A DNA stretch of 64,000 nucleotides from a candidate division WOR-3 bacterium. Lineage in GTDB: Bacteria; Hydrothermota; Tepidihabitantia; Tepidihabitantales; Tepidihabitantaceae. Within the stretch, counting starts at the first letter, position 1, and every line of letters begins with the position of its first letter. The position numbers and the translations under genes were made by a program. The DNA is taken from positions 32,001-96,000 of the forward strand of contig CBFGJV010000002.1 of assembly GCA_965649205.1 (NCBI GenBank), in the 5' to 3' direction. Under the pieces are notes generated by a model. It did not search any database, had not been told where the DNA came from, and worked only from the letters and a program-made list of their open reading frames with translations. Below, piece by piece: positions 17,665 through 27,556 of this stretch.

Positions 17665-19193
17665 AAAGAAGAGCGGCATTGGTAGGCTCAATTGTGGCAG
17701 CTGCGCTTCTGGGCGGTCTCTTCGGCCGTCTTTGGGCGATGAAAAAAGGCGCCACTCTGGCAGAAAGTCTGCAACTTTTTTCCCGGGTAGTGGGGTTAGT
17801 TACCACTAACTACGTTGAACCGGTGGAGCCGGAGAAACTGATAAAAGCGGCGTTGAAGGGGATGCTGGAATCATTAGACCCCCATACCAGCCTGTTGGAA
17901 GAAAAGAATTACAAAGAACTGAAGGTGCACATTGATGCTCAGTTTGGCGGTATCGGCATTCATATTGGCCTTGTGGGAGAGGTGCTTACCGTCATTGCTC
18001 CCATTGAAGGAACCCCAGCCGAGAGGATGGGTATCCGGGGTGGGGACCGCATCGTGGAAATAGAGGGCAAGAGCACCAGAGGATACACCACCGAGGACGC
18101 GGTCAAGCTGCTGCGTGGAGAACCGGGCACCAAGGTGAAGATTACAATCGAACGGCCGGGCGTAGCTGATTTGATTCCTATGGAAATAACCCGGGAGATA
18201 ATCAATATTGCGGCCGTGCCTTACGCGGGAATGGTTACCAAGGATATCGGTTTTGTTCGGCTGGCAGATTTTTCCCGTGTGGCGAGTCGAGACCTTTCTC
18301 ATGCCCTGGATTCTCTATTTGCTCTGGGAGCAAAGAAAATTATTTTCGATTTGCGTTCCAATGGCGGAGGGTTGCTCAAAGAGGGATGCGAGGTTGCGGA
18401 CCTGTTTCTCCCTCCGGGCAAGGTGATAGTGGAAACCAGGGGCAGGATACCGGAAAGTCGTCGCAGTTTTGTTTCTCAGACGCAGGACAAGTATCAGGAT
18501 TTCCCGCTGGTAGTGCTGGTAGACAGGGGTAGCGCTTCTGCTGCCGAAATAGTGGCTGGTGCTTTGCAGGACTGGGAGCGGGGAGTGATACTTGGTGACA
18601 CTACTTTTGGCAAGGGATCGGTGCAGAACATAGAGCAGTTGGGTCCTGATCTGGCGGTACGCCTGACTACGGCTTACTGGTATACGCCTGCGGGGCGGTG
18701 CATAAACCGGAAGCGGAATGCTGACGATGAAGTAGTAGAAGACTCTACTACTTCCAAACTGCTTTATCATACGCTGGGAAAACTGCGTCGGCCAGTGTAC
18801 GGCGGTGGAGCAGTGGCGCCGGATGTTTACCTTCCTTACGAGAAGCTGAGTGCTTTTGAGATGAAGGTGAACCGAGATGCGTTCTTTGATTTTGCCGTCC
18901 GGTATGTCCAGAAGCACCCGGGCCTGGATATGAGTTTTTCTGCCACTCCGCAGGTTCTAGCCGAGTTTGCCGAATACCTGCGCACAGAGAAGAAGATGGA
19001 TTTCACTCCTGCCGAGTTTGATTCTGCTTCCGACTGGTTTGCCGCCAGCATAGAACGGGAGGTGGCCGGTAAGCTCGGGGGTATGAAGGCAGATTACGAG
19101 ATGAGGCTGCGTCGCGATCCCCAGGTGAAAAAGGCCGTAGAACTGCTTACGGCTGCCAAGTCGAATGAAGGGATGCTCGCAAACCTCAAGTAG
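17661..19193 (+). CDS. ctpA: S41 carboxy-terminal processing protease
   Basis: LDPH, PDZ GGIGI, DLRSNGGG, SASAAEI, GDTTFGKGSVQ. Confidence 0.92.
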   Translation: MKRRAALVGSIVAAALLGGLFGRLWAMKKGATLAESLQLFSRVVGLVTTNYVEPVEPEKLIKAALKGMLESLDPHTSLLEEKNYKELKVHIDAQFGGIGIHIGLVGEVLTVIAPIEGTPAERMGIRGGDRIVEIEGKSTRGYTTEDAVKLLRGEPGTKVKITIERPGVADLIPMEITREIINIAAVPYAGMVTKDIGFVRLADFSRVASRDLSHALDSLFALGAKKIIFDLRSNGGGLLKEGCEVADLFLPPGKVIVETRGRIPESRRSFVSQTQDKYQDFPLVVLVDRGSASAAEIVAGALQDWERGVILGDTTFGKGSVQNIEQLGPDLAVRLTTAYWYTPAGRCINRKRNADDEVVEDSTTSKLLYHTLGKLRRPVYGGGAVAPDVYLPYEKLSAFEMKVNRDAFFDFAVRYVQKHPGLDMSFSATPQVLAEFAEYLRTEKKMDFTPAEFDSASDWFAASIEREVAGKLGGMKADYEMRLRRDPQVKKAVELLTAAKSNEGMLANLK

Positions 19194-19217
19194 AGCTTAA
19201 GGAAAACTCTACCAGTT

Positions 19218-20117
19218 GTGCCTGAATTGCCAGAAGTAGAGTCTATTCGTCGGCGGCTTCTGCCGATTGTAGGCAAGGTTATCAAATCGGTAAAGATTGC
19301 CAGACCAGAAATGATTAAACATCCCAGCCCTTCCCGGCTGGCAAAAGAGTTGAAAGGCCGCAGAATTAAATCCCTGAGGCGCCGGGGTAAGTACCTGCTT
19401 TTTCATCTGGACCGGGATAAAACGCTGGTCTTGCATCTGGGAATGAGTGGAAACTTGAGATTGCTTTCTGCTGTAGAACGCGACCGGGAGTCGGTAGCGC
19501 AGGCTGGTACTTTGCATTCACACAGCTCGACCAAGAAAGAGGGGGGGGGGGGAAACAGGCAGTACGAAAGAATACGATTTGAGCTTTCAGGTGGAGAAAT
19601 ACTATCTTTCGAAGATATGCGAACGTTCGGCAAGGTTTTCTTCTATGGTAAGGAGGAAAGACCGCCTGCTCTTGCGGGTATGGCCGCGATGGGACGGGAG
19701 CCGATTGAACGCGGATTTTCTCCTGCCTATTTGGCAGAGCGTTTTCGGAATAGAAAGACGGCGGTGAAGAATCTGCTACTGGATCAGAGAATTTGTTGTG
19801 GTGTAGGTAACATTTACGCTAATGAGGCATTGCATCGAGCTGGTATCCGACCGGACCGTCCGGCCAAAGAATTAACCCGGGTTAAGCTGGAAGAATTAGC
19901 TCGAGCTCTGCGCACAGTGGTGCGTGAGGGTATCAGATGGTGCGGGACTACTCTGGACGACGACGGCTACAAACTGCCTGACGGAGGAAGGGGTGGATTT
20001 CAGAGGCACCTGCGCGTAGTAGGTCGCGCGGGAAAACAGTGTCGATGCGGAGGAGTCGTGGAGAGAATAATCTTGGGGGGGCGAAGCAGTTATTTTTGTC
20101 CGCAATGTCAAAGTTAG
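19218..20117 (+). CDS. mutM: Formamidopyrimidine-DNA glycosylase / AP lyase
   Basis: PELPEVE, RRGKYL, HLGMSG, LLDQ...GVGNIYA.E, C-terminal zinc finger C.CG...CPQCQ. Confidence 0.95.
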   Translation: MPELPEVESIRRRLLPIVGKVIKSVKIARPEMIKHPSPSRLAKELKGRRIKSLRRRGKYLLFHLDRDKTLVLHLGMSGNLRLLSAVERDRESVAQAGTLHSHSSTKKEGGGGNRQYERIRFELSGGEILSFEDMRTFGKVFFYGKEERPPALAGMAAMGREPIERGFSPAYLAERFRNRKTAVKNLLLDQRICCGVGNIYANEALHRAGIRPDRPAKELTRVKLEELARALRTVVREGIRWCGTTLDDDGYKLPDGGRGGFQRHLRVVGRAGKQCRCGGVVERIILGGRSSYFCPQCQS

Positions 20118-20192
20118 TTTCTAGATGAGCAGAACTTGATGTTTTCCCAGGTTAGCGTCGTTATGTACTAAAAAAGAGTAAAAGGAGAAACG

Positions 20193-21107
20193 ATGAATGG
20201 ACCGCTGGCTCTGATTTGTCACGGCGGAGCAGGGGTGTTGGATGACAGGAAGGCCGCGGCCGAAGGTCTGGCGGAAGCACTGGAGAGGGGGTATCTTCTG
20301 CTGCGTCAGAGCGCCACAGCCTTAGACGTGGTGGTGGAGTGTGTCAGGTTGCTGGAGGATAACCCGGTGTTCAATTGCGGAACCGGTTCCAATCTGAATT
20401 TAGAAGGCGTGGCAGAGATGGATGCAGCGGTGATGACACAGGATGGAAGGTTTGGGGGTGTATGCTGTATTACGGGAGTGAAAAACCCGGTTCTGGTTGC
20501 ACATAAGGTTATGACCGAGACGGACCATCTGTTGCTCTGCGGAGACGGAGCACAGGCATTTGCCCGCAGGATGGGGTTCGCCGCCTACGATGTTACGACA
20601 CCGAGAGGCAGAGAACGACTGGAAAAACTGAAGCAGGCTGGCACATCAGAGTATTATCCCAAGTTGGGTGCCTTTTTGAAACAGGCCAGCCCGGGCGGTA
20701 CCGTGGGGGCGGTAGCGTTCGACAAGTATGGAGTTCTGGCCGTAGCCACGTCTTCTGGGGGTATTACCGGCCGACTTCCAGGTCGAGTGGGGGACTCGGC
20801 CATTCTGGGAGCTGGTACTTATGCCAGTGCAGTGGGAGCAGTGTCGTGTACCGGTCACGGGGAGTCCATAATGAAGATGATGCTCGGTCGGGAAGTAGTA
20901 GAACGGATGCGCACGATGCCCGCGGCGACCGCGATTATTCTGGCTATGGCTGAAGCCAAGAGGAAAAAGGTGGTTTGTGGTTTAGTGGGAATTGACGCCA
21001 GAGGGCAGGTAGGATTCGGACATACGACACCGGATATGGCATACGGTTATATGGTGGCAGACAAACTTTTTCTTTTTACTGATGGTGATGGCAAACGCAG
21101 GCAGTGA
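20193..21107 (+). CDS. iaaA: Isoaspartyl peptidase / L-asparaginase (Ntn hydrolase)
   Basis: HGGAG, LED.P.FN.G.GS, GTVGAVA, GRVGDS, TGHGE. Confidence 0.9.
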   Translation: MNGPLALICHGGAGVLDDRKAAAEGLAEALERGYLLLRQSATALDVVVECVRLLEDNPVFNCGTGSNLNLEGVAEMDAAVMTQDGRFGGVCCITGVKNPVLVAHKVMTETDHLLLCGDGAQAFARRMGFAAYDVTTPRGRERLEKLKQAGTSEYYPKLGAFLKQASPGGTVGAVAFDKYGVLAVATSSGGITGRLPGRVGDSAILGAGTYASAVGAVSCTGHGESIMKMMLGREVVERMRTMPAATAIILAMAEAKRKKVVCGLVGIDARGQVGFGHTTPDMAYGYMVADKLFLFTDGDGKRRQ

Positions 21108-23989
21108 TTTTACAGGTCTATGAAATCATGACGGACTCATTTGGCTTCACAAACCCGAAGAAAAAATGTGACTGGCTGATTGCGCTCATTGTCTTCAGTA
21201 CGGTTTGCAGTATCGCTTCTGCCCAGTATTCATACTTTGGAAAAAACAAGGTACAGACCAGAGATTATGAGTTTAGAAGTTTTCAGACCGAACATTTCAA
21301 TATTCTTTTCTATCCCGGCGGGGAGGTCCTAGCCGAGTTTGCCGCCAGAGTAGCCGAGGAATACTATCGTCAGTTTGAGCAGGACCTGGGATTTGGGCTG
21401 GAATACAAGATTCCTCTCATACTCTATCTTTCGCCGGCGCAGTTCAGTGAGACAAACGTGATTACTGATATTATTGAAGAAGGTGTGGGTGGTTTTTCGG
21501 AGCTATTCAAGAACCGGGTAGTGGTGCCCTTCGATGGTTCCTACTTCAATCTGAGGCGTGTGTTAGCGCATGAGCTCACGCACTTGTTTGAGTTTCAAAT
21601 GTTTTATCGTTCCAGACTTGCCGCTCTGCTGGGTGCCATCGGCGAGTTTCAGATTCCTTTGTGGGTGCTGGAGGGTTTTGCGGAATTTCAGTCAGGTTGG
21701 GCAAATGTGCGTTCTGAAGTATTCATGCGGGATTTGGTGCTTTCTAACCGTCTGGTTCCTTTGCAGAATCTGCACGATGGAATGGGATACCTTGTTTACA
21801 GAGTGGGACAGTCGTTTTTTGAGTTTGTGGCTGAACGATATGGCCGGGACAAGGTGTTTGAGTTCATGCACACCTTAAAGAACAAGCGCAATTTGGAGGC
21901 CACTTTCAAGGCAACTTTCGGTAAGGAAGTAAGCCGTATGAGCGAAGAGTGGGAGAAGTGGTTGCGTATCAAGTACTGGCCTCAAGTGGTAAAGGTTATG
22001 AATTTCGATACGTTGTGCCGCAAGTTGACAGACCATCGCCGGGATGGTTCTATCTATAATACGGCTCCGCGAATTTCACCCAGCGGCACGAAGATAGCAA
22101 TGATTTCTGATCGACTGGAGTATGCCGACTGTTATGTTATTTCCGCGTTGGACGGTACGGTGCTGAAACGGTTGGTTAAGGGTGGGCGTTCAGGCGGGTT
22201 CGAGACTATGCATCTTTTACGGCCGGGACTGGCCTGGTCTCCTGATGAACAAACCCTGGCGGTAGTGACGCAGAGTGCAGGACGGGATAATATTGCCCTC
22301 GTGGATTATGCTACCGGGCGCGTACGCAGACGTCTGGCCTTCGGGTTGGATGCGATATTTACTCCCGTGTTTTCTCCGGATGGAAAGAAGCTGGCCTTTG
22401 TGGGTCTGAAGAACGGTTTTGCCGACATATACGAAGTAGCGGTTGCAGGTGGGGATCCGCGGCGGGTTACCTATGATATGTATGACGATCGAGACCCGAC
22501 TTACTCTCCCGGCGGAGAAACACTGGCATTCGTCTCTGACCGACCTGACGCGGGCGAGGAATACCAACCGGGAAGATATGCAGTCTGGCTTCACGCTGGT
22601 GGTGGTGCAGTCCACAGGATTACTGAACGTTATGAGGATGCCGGCTATCCGGTATTCACTCATTCTGGCGAATACCTGTTTTACGTAGCCTTTGATTCGG
22701 CCAGGAATATATACTGCTACTCTTTTGCTGCAGGCAGACCGGTCAGGCGCACAGATTTGTTAGGTGAAGTGTCTTATCTGTCGCTTTCGCGCGATGATCG
22801 CAAGCTGGCTTTTTCTTATTACGCTGACGTAGGTTTTGACATAGCAGTTATTCTCGAACCGCTGGAGAGGATACCATACGACACCATTGTTCCCACCGCA
22901 GAGGAAAGGGATACCTTCCGTTTTTCTCGTCGGGGATTGGATTTCGAACGTGTCAAACCGGCTGGTTTTTCGCTTTCGGCCGATTATGCGGTTGGCACCG
23001 TTTCCTATACTTCATCTAGCGGTGTTTCCGGCACGGTGAATATCGCCCTGTCTGATATGCTGGGAAATCACCGTTTTGAGATTTTTACTGATGTGTACGG
23101 TGATATCCTCAATTCCAATCTGATTGTGCAGTACTGGCTTCTGCCATTTCGGGTGGATTACGGTTTTGCGCTTTTTCAGCTATACGACATTCCTTACTTC
23201 AACTATGTTGATTTACTGGTGGAACGTATCAACCGGGGAGGTCAGGCTGTAGCGGTGTACCCCTTCGATTTTTTCACCCGCGCCGAGCTGGGTCTTACCG
23301 GCTATGCGAGTGACGTGCAGGTGTGGAAATTCTTTCCCTATCCTTTTGACGGTTGGCAGCGAGTAGACAGGTGGCTGGAAGCAGTATTCTATGCCAGTCC
23401 CGCACTTGTGTTTGACAATACCTTCTGGGATCAATATGGTCCGGCCAGAGGAGTCCGGTGTCGGTTTGGTGCAGATTTGGCCCTGCCGATGGTATCTGAC
23501 CGTCAGTTTCAGAGCCCGTATCTGGATGCACGCAACTATCAACGTCTGGGCAGAAGGTTTGTCTTTGCGTCTCGCCTCTACGGTGTTGCCAGTTTGGGGC
23601 GCGATGCAGACCAATATTACTTAGGAGGAGAAACTGTACGCGGCTACAACTGGGGCGAGTTCTATGACGATACCGGTTCATACGCAGGACTCGCAGGTAT
23701 AGAGTTACGCTATCCGTTCTTGGACAAGCTCAAGCTGGCTTTCCCTTTGCCCTTAGAGATAGGGGGCATAAGGGGGGTCGCTTTTCTGGACGGTGGGATG
23801 GTATTCCGGCGCGGCATGAGGGTATGGGACCCCAGGCGCAATCAGCTACAAGATCTGAAGCTGGGTATTGGTACCGGGTTGCGTATACAGGTAACATCAC
23901 TTTTTATCAAACTGGACTTTGCCAAACCATTGTCGGCCACCCAGGATAAAGGGTGGAAGGTTATTCTTGGGCTTGGAACTGATTACTAG
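21104..23989 (+). CDS. Omp85-superfamily protein: metallopeptidase-like domain, PD40 propeller and BamA/TamA-like barrel
   Basis: YFGKNKVQ, HELTH...PLWVLEGFAE, PD40 repeats, VRGY, ELRYP, FLDGG, GIGTGLR, C-terminal LGTDY; start uncertain (21104 or 21128). Confidence 0.85.
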   Translation: MILQVYEIMTDSFGFTNPKKKCDWLIALIVFSTVCSIASAQYSYFGKNKVQTRDYEFRSFQTEHFNILFYPGGEVLAEFAARVAEEYYRQFEQDLGFGLEYKIPLILYLSPAQFSETNVITDIIEEGVGGFSELFKNRVVVPFDGSYFNLRRVLAHELTHLFEFQMFYRSRLAALLGAIGEFQIPLWVLEGFAEFQSGWANVRSEVFMRDLVLSNRLVPLQNLHDGMGYLVYRVGQSFFEFVAERYGRDKVFEFMHTLKNKRNLEATFKATFGKEVSRMSEEWEKWLRIKYWPQVVKVMNFDTLCRKLTDHRRDGSIYNTAPRISPSGTKIAMISDRLEYADCYVISALDGTVLKRLVKGGRSGGFETMHLLRPGLAWSPDEQTLAVVTQSAGRDNIALVDYATGRVRRRLAFGLDAIFTPVFSPDGKKLAFVGLKNGFADIYEVAVAGGDPRRVTYDMYDDRDPTYSPGGETLAFVSDRPDAGEEYQPGRYAVWLHAGGGAVHRITERYEDAGYPVFTHSGEYLFYVAFDSARNIYCYSFAAGRPVRRTDLLGEVSYLSLSRDDRKLAFSYYADVGFDIAVILEPLERIPYDTIVPTAEERDTFRFSRRGLDFERVKPAGFSLSADYAVGTVSYTSSSGVSGTVNIALSDMLGNHRFEIFTDVYGDILNSNLIVQYWLLPFRVDYGFALFQLYDIPYFNYVDLLVERINRGGQAVAVYPFDFFTRAELGLTGYASDVQVWKFFPYPFDGWQRVDRWLEAVFYASPALVFDNTFWDQYGPARGVRCRFGADLALPMVSDRQFQSPYLDARNYQRLGRRFVFASRLYGVASLGRDADQYYLGGETVRGYNWGEFYDDTGSYAGLAGIELRYPFLDKLKLAFPLPLEIGGIRGVAFLDGGMVFRRGMRVWDPRRNQLQDLKLGIGTGLRIQVTSLFIKLDFAKPLSATQDKGWKVILGLGTDY

Positions 23990-24009
23990 CTGGGCTGGGA
24001 GAGACCACA

Positions 24010-25188
24010 GTGCGGCTGCGTAATCCTTTTCTTGTCGGTCTGATATTCATTGGCGTTGGTTGCTATCGCTATGTTAACTTGGAACCCCCGCCAGATGCTC
24101 ATGCTGCGGCCCGGGAAACCTGGTTGCGTTTGGAGCAGCTGGGGTCTTTCCGGTTCCGGTTAAACTACCGCAGTTCGGCACCGTTGTCCTTGGGAGGCAG
24201 TTTTACCGGTACATGGCAGCGGCCGGACAGGGAATGGTGGCGAGGTTTCCGTTGGAGAGGCATGGAGGTTGACAGGGTTGAGCTGCGGGCCGCAGGAGAA
24301 GTTCAATATGAAAAGCAGCCGACCGGATGGAAAAAGACGGTACGGGGCGTGGAGACACGTATATTACAGCAGGTAAGACAGGTATTAGGCGACGGAAATG
24401 TAATTCCCCAGGATTCTGCGGCGGATACGTATGTGTACAGGTTTGAGTCCAGATTGCCCGTACTTGATCCAGCCAGACAACGGGTGTTTTCGGGACGACT
24501 GGAAATACACCGCCGCAGCGGTTTGCCTAGCAGAATGCTCTGTCAGGACAGCGCAGGTACTGTACAGTGGTCTTTGCTGCTAGATCGATACAACCAGGCC
24601 GGAAAGGTGGTTTTGCCCTTTGTAGGAGTGCAGGAATTATCTATTGGCACGCAGACCAGACTTTCCCGTGCCCGACTAGGACAGGCCGTAAGAATACTAC
24701 GCATGCGTCTGGAAAAACTGGGCTGGGAGTATAGCTTGAAGCGTAAGCGGGGCCAGCTGGTGCTAACCCTTGACCGGAGGCTGTCCGCGGATGCACTGGC
24801 CCTGCTGCTTGCTGCAGGTCAAATGGAATTACGGGCGGCGGCAAGTACGGCAGATGGAGGACTACAGGTCGGAGATGATGTGTCGTTTAAAGTGAGTACG
24901 GGAAGCCTTCTTGCCCGGAATGGCGATTGGTCGGTAGGGGAAGAGAGGGCACCTTTACCAGAACCTAAGATTGTTTTCGTTCCTTCAGAAGCCGGACGCC
25001 AAAAACTTTCGGCACTGGGTGATAGTCTAGTAGCGTTCATGTTGGATGGTAGGGTCCTGGATTATGCTCGAATTTCGACAGAGGGGAGACTCGTCTTCAA
25101 TTTCTCCGGTAGACCAGAATTAGCTTCGATCCTCGCGGTTGTTGTTTCTCTTCCTCCCAGTCCTGCGAGTTTCAGAATATTCAACTGA
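24010..25188 (+). CDS. Lipoprotein with LolA/LppX-like N-terminal region and SecD P1-like C-terminal domain
   Basis: Lipobox GVGC; C-terminal half resembles the SecD periplasmic domain (QAV.IL..RL..LG, G..E.R, AF.LDG.V, A..LA.V....P). Confidence 0.55.
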   Translation: MRLRNPFLVGLIFIGVGCYRYVNLEPPPDAHAAARETWLRLEQLGSFRFRLNYRSSAPLSLGGSFTGTWQRPDREWWRGFRWRGMEVDRVELRAAGEVQYEKQPTGWKKTVRGVETRILQQVRQVLGDGNVIPQDSAADTYVYRFESRLPVLDPARQRVFSGRLEIHRRSGLPSRMLCQDSAGTVQWSLLLDRYNQAGKVVLPFVGVQELSIGTQTRLSRARLGQAVRILRMRLEKLGWEYSLKRKRGQLVLTLDRRLSADALALLLAAGQMELRAAASTADGGLQVGDDVSFKVSTGSLLARNGDWSVGEERAPLPEPKIVFVPSEAGRQKLSALGDSLVAFMLDGRVLDYARISTEGRLVFNFSGRPELASILAVVVSLPPSPASFRIFN

Positions 25189-25330
25189 CGTTCCTGAAGT
25201 TCAGTCGTAACCTCCCTCCGTTTTGTCTTTCTGGCAAGAGATTGTTGGTAACCTAATTCCCACAGCGAGAGTTGAGACGACGGAAGTATTCTTGGTTTGC
25301 ATTGTCTGTTCTGTGTTCTAGAATGGCGTA

Positions 25331-27556
25331 GTGCGACAGGTAGCTTTTGTCTCGTATATGCTGCGGTACGCTCGGGCGTTTCTGCTGGTTGGAATCTTGT
25401 TACAGGCTAGCGTAGCACAGCCGCCGGACACGGGTACTGTGCGGGTGGGGCTGGCGCTTTCAGGGGGCGCGGCTCTCGGATTGGCACATATCGGCGTTTT
25501 GAAAGTACTGGAAGAAGCCGGGATTTCTGTCTGTTGTATTTCTGGTAACAGCATGGGCTCGATGGTGGGCGGTGTGTACGCAGCGGGGTATTCAGCTGCG
25601 GCAATAGAGAGCATTGCCGTGAATGCGGACTGGGGCACACTGTTTTCTTCTGGCGTACCTTTCGGCGCCAGGTATCTGCCGGAAAGACAGCAGGTACAGC
25701 GTTATGTGATACAACTCCGGCACAGGAATCTCTTACCCTCGCTTCCGTCCGGACTGGTTCCCCTGCAAAATGTGGAGTTTCTGCTTATGGACCTTCTGTC
25801 CGAGATTGAGTACAACACCGGCTTCGATTTTGACAGCTTGCCTATTCCCTATCGGGCGGTTGCGGTCGATTTGACTTCCGGCAAGTTGCAGGTTCTGTCC
25901 CGTGGCCGGCTTTCTCAGGCAATTCGAGCCAGCATTGCAATTCCGGGGGTTTTTGCGCCAGAGCGACTTGAGGGAATGGAGTTGGTAGACGGAGGGGTGC
26001 AGCGGTATCTACCAGTAAGTGCTCTAGAGGAATTTCAGCCGGACCTCATTATTGCAGTACTGACTATGAAGCATAATCAGGAGACAGGCATTTCCCTGAT
26101 AGACATAGCTTCGCGAAGCAGTGATATCGTGGGCATGGAAGACTTGGCTCGGCAGAAGGCGATGGCGGACGTGCTGATTGAACCGAATGTAGACCCTTTT
26201 ACTCATTCTGACTTTGCCCGGGCTAGAGAGTTGATTGCGGCAGGAGAGGCAGCCGCGCGTGCGGCTCTGCCAGAGATTCTTTCCAAGCTTGCCGGTCGCC
26301 GTACCTTTAGTCCAGTACGGGCTGTGCAGATGCGCCCCCTGCCTCGCATTGGGGCAGTGCGGTTTTCAGGTTTGAAGGTGACACGTGAAGGAATGTTGCG
26401 TCCTCTGCTTGTTACCCGGCCGGGCAGATATCTTGTGTTTTCCCGGTTGCGCGAGGATTTGCGGCGATTATTCCATACTGGGCTGTTCGAAGATGTGAAT
26501 TACGCTCTAACAATGTTGGGACCTGATTCTGTGGAAGTCACAATAGAGTTGGAAGAGCGGCCTTACGGTTTTTATTCATTGGGACTGCGTTACGACAACG
26601 TTGACAATGTCGGGCTCGGCATAGAGGTCGGGCAGGGAAATCTGTTTGGTTCTGGCGCAAGCGTGAGAGCGGTGCTGGGGCTAGGCAATCCGAACGAGTT
26701 GCGTTTAGGTTTGACAGGCACCCGCATATTCAATTTTCCGTTCGGTTACCGGTTGGATGGTTTCTGGAACGCAATTGACCGGATGTATCGATCGGAACAG
26801 TGGGAAGCAGGCTATAATGTGAGCCGGCGAGGCGGCTTGGCCGAAGCCGGGTATATAGTGGGGAAAAACGCGTTTTTCAATCTGGGGATGACAGCACACC
26901 AGGTTTCCTACCGCTTTCCGCCCTTACCCTTTTTTGATTCACTGGGAAGGGCAAAGGAGTGGCTGATGGGGCCGACGTTCCGGTTTGAGTTCAACAGTTT
27001 TGACAACCTGTATTTACCCACGAAGGGGATGACATACTCTTTGACTGCTTTCTACTCTACACCAAAGATGAAAGCAGATAGGCATTTTCTTAAGGCAGAG
27101 GCTTTGACCAGCAGGGTGTCTTCCCTAGGGACACGCTTGACCTTGAACTGGGGGGCGGAGTTTGGTTTAGTACTGGGGCAGCCATCTTGGGCTGAGCAGT
27201 TTCGTTCGGGCGGGGCCAATCTTCCCGGTTTTGCCAAGGAGCGGTTTACCAGCCCGTACAAGGCTATACTCAAGCTGGGCGTGGAATACCGCCTGACCAG
27301 ACTTTTCAATCAGGAGAGTTATCCTTTTTATGTGGGGCTCTTCGGCAATGTGAGCAGTTTTGATCCGCTGGACCAAGTGCTGGCCGGCCCGGACCGCATA
27401 TCGTATTTACACTGGGGTAGTGGTGTAAGCTTAAAGACTAATACGCCAATAGGTCCGTTTATCTTTACAGTTGGGGCAGCCGATCCGATTCGAAAAAAGT
27501 GGGAGTTTAACGCGTTTCTATCTGTAGGACGCGATTTTCGCTATACCTATTATTAA
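25331..27556 (+). CDS. Patatin-like phospholipase-POTRA-Omp85 barrel protein (PlpD / type Vd-like)
   Basis: LSGGAALG.AHIGVL, GNSMG, DGG, POTRA (L..LF.TGLFEDV), barrel end TPIGP...SVG.DF. Confidence 0.88.
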   Translation: MRQVAFVSYMLRYARAFLLVGILLQASVAQPPDTGTVRVGLALSGGAALGLAHIGVLKVLEEAGISVCCISGNSMGSMVGGVYAAGYSAAAIESIAVNADWGTLFSSGVPFGARYLPERQQVQRYVIQLRHRNLLPSLPSGLVPLQNVEFLLMDLLSEIEYNTGFDFDSLPIPYRAVAVDLTSGKLQVLSRGRLSQAIRASIAIPGVFAPERLEGMELVDGGVQRYLPVSALEEFQPDLIIAVLTMKHNQETGISLIDIASRSSDIVGMEDLARQKAMADVLIEPNVDPFTHSDFARARELIAAGEAAARAALPEILSKLAGRRTFSPVRAVQMRPLPRIGAVRFSGLKVTREGMLRPLLVTRPGRYLVFSRLREDLRRLFHTGLFEDVNYALTMLGPDSVEVTIELEERPYGFYSLGLRYDNVDNVGLGIEVGQGNLFGSGASVRAVLGLGNPNELRLGLTGTRIFNFPFGYRLDGFWNAIDRMYRSEQWEAGYNVSRRGGLAEAGYIVGKNAFFNLGMTAHQVSYRFPPLPFFDSLGRAKEWLMGPTFRFEFNSFDNLYLPTKGMTYSLTAFYSTPKMKADRHFLKAEALTSRVSSLGTRLTLNWGAEFGLVLGQPSWAEQFRSGGANLPGFAKERFTSPYKAILKLGVEYRLTRLFNQESYPFYVGLFGNVSSFDPLDQVLAGPDRISYLHWGSGVSLKTNTPIGPFIFTVGAADPIRKKWEFNAFLSVGRDFRYTYY

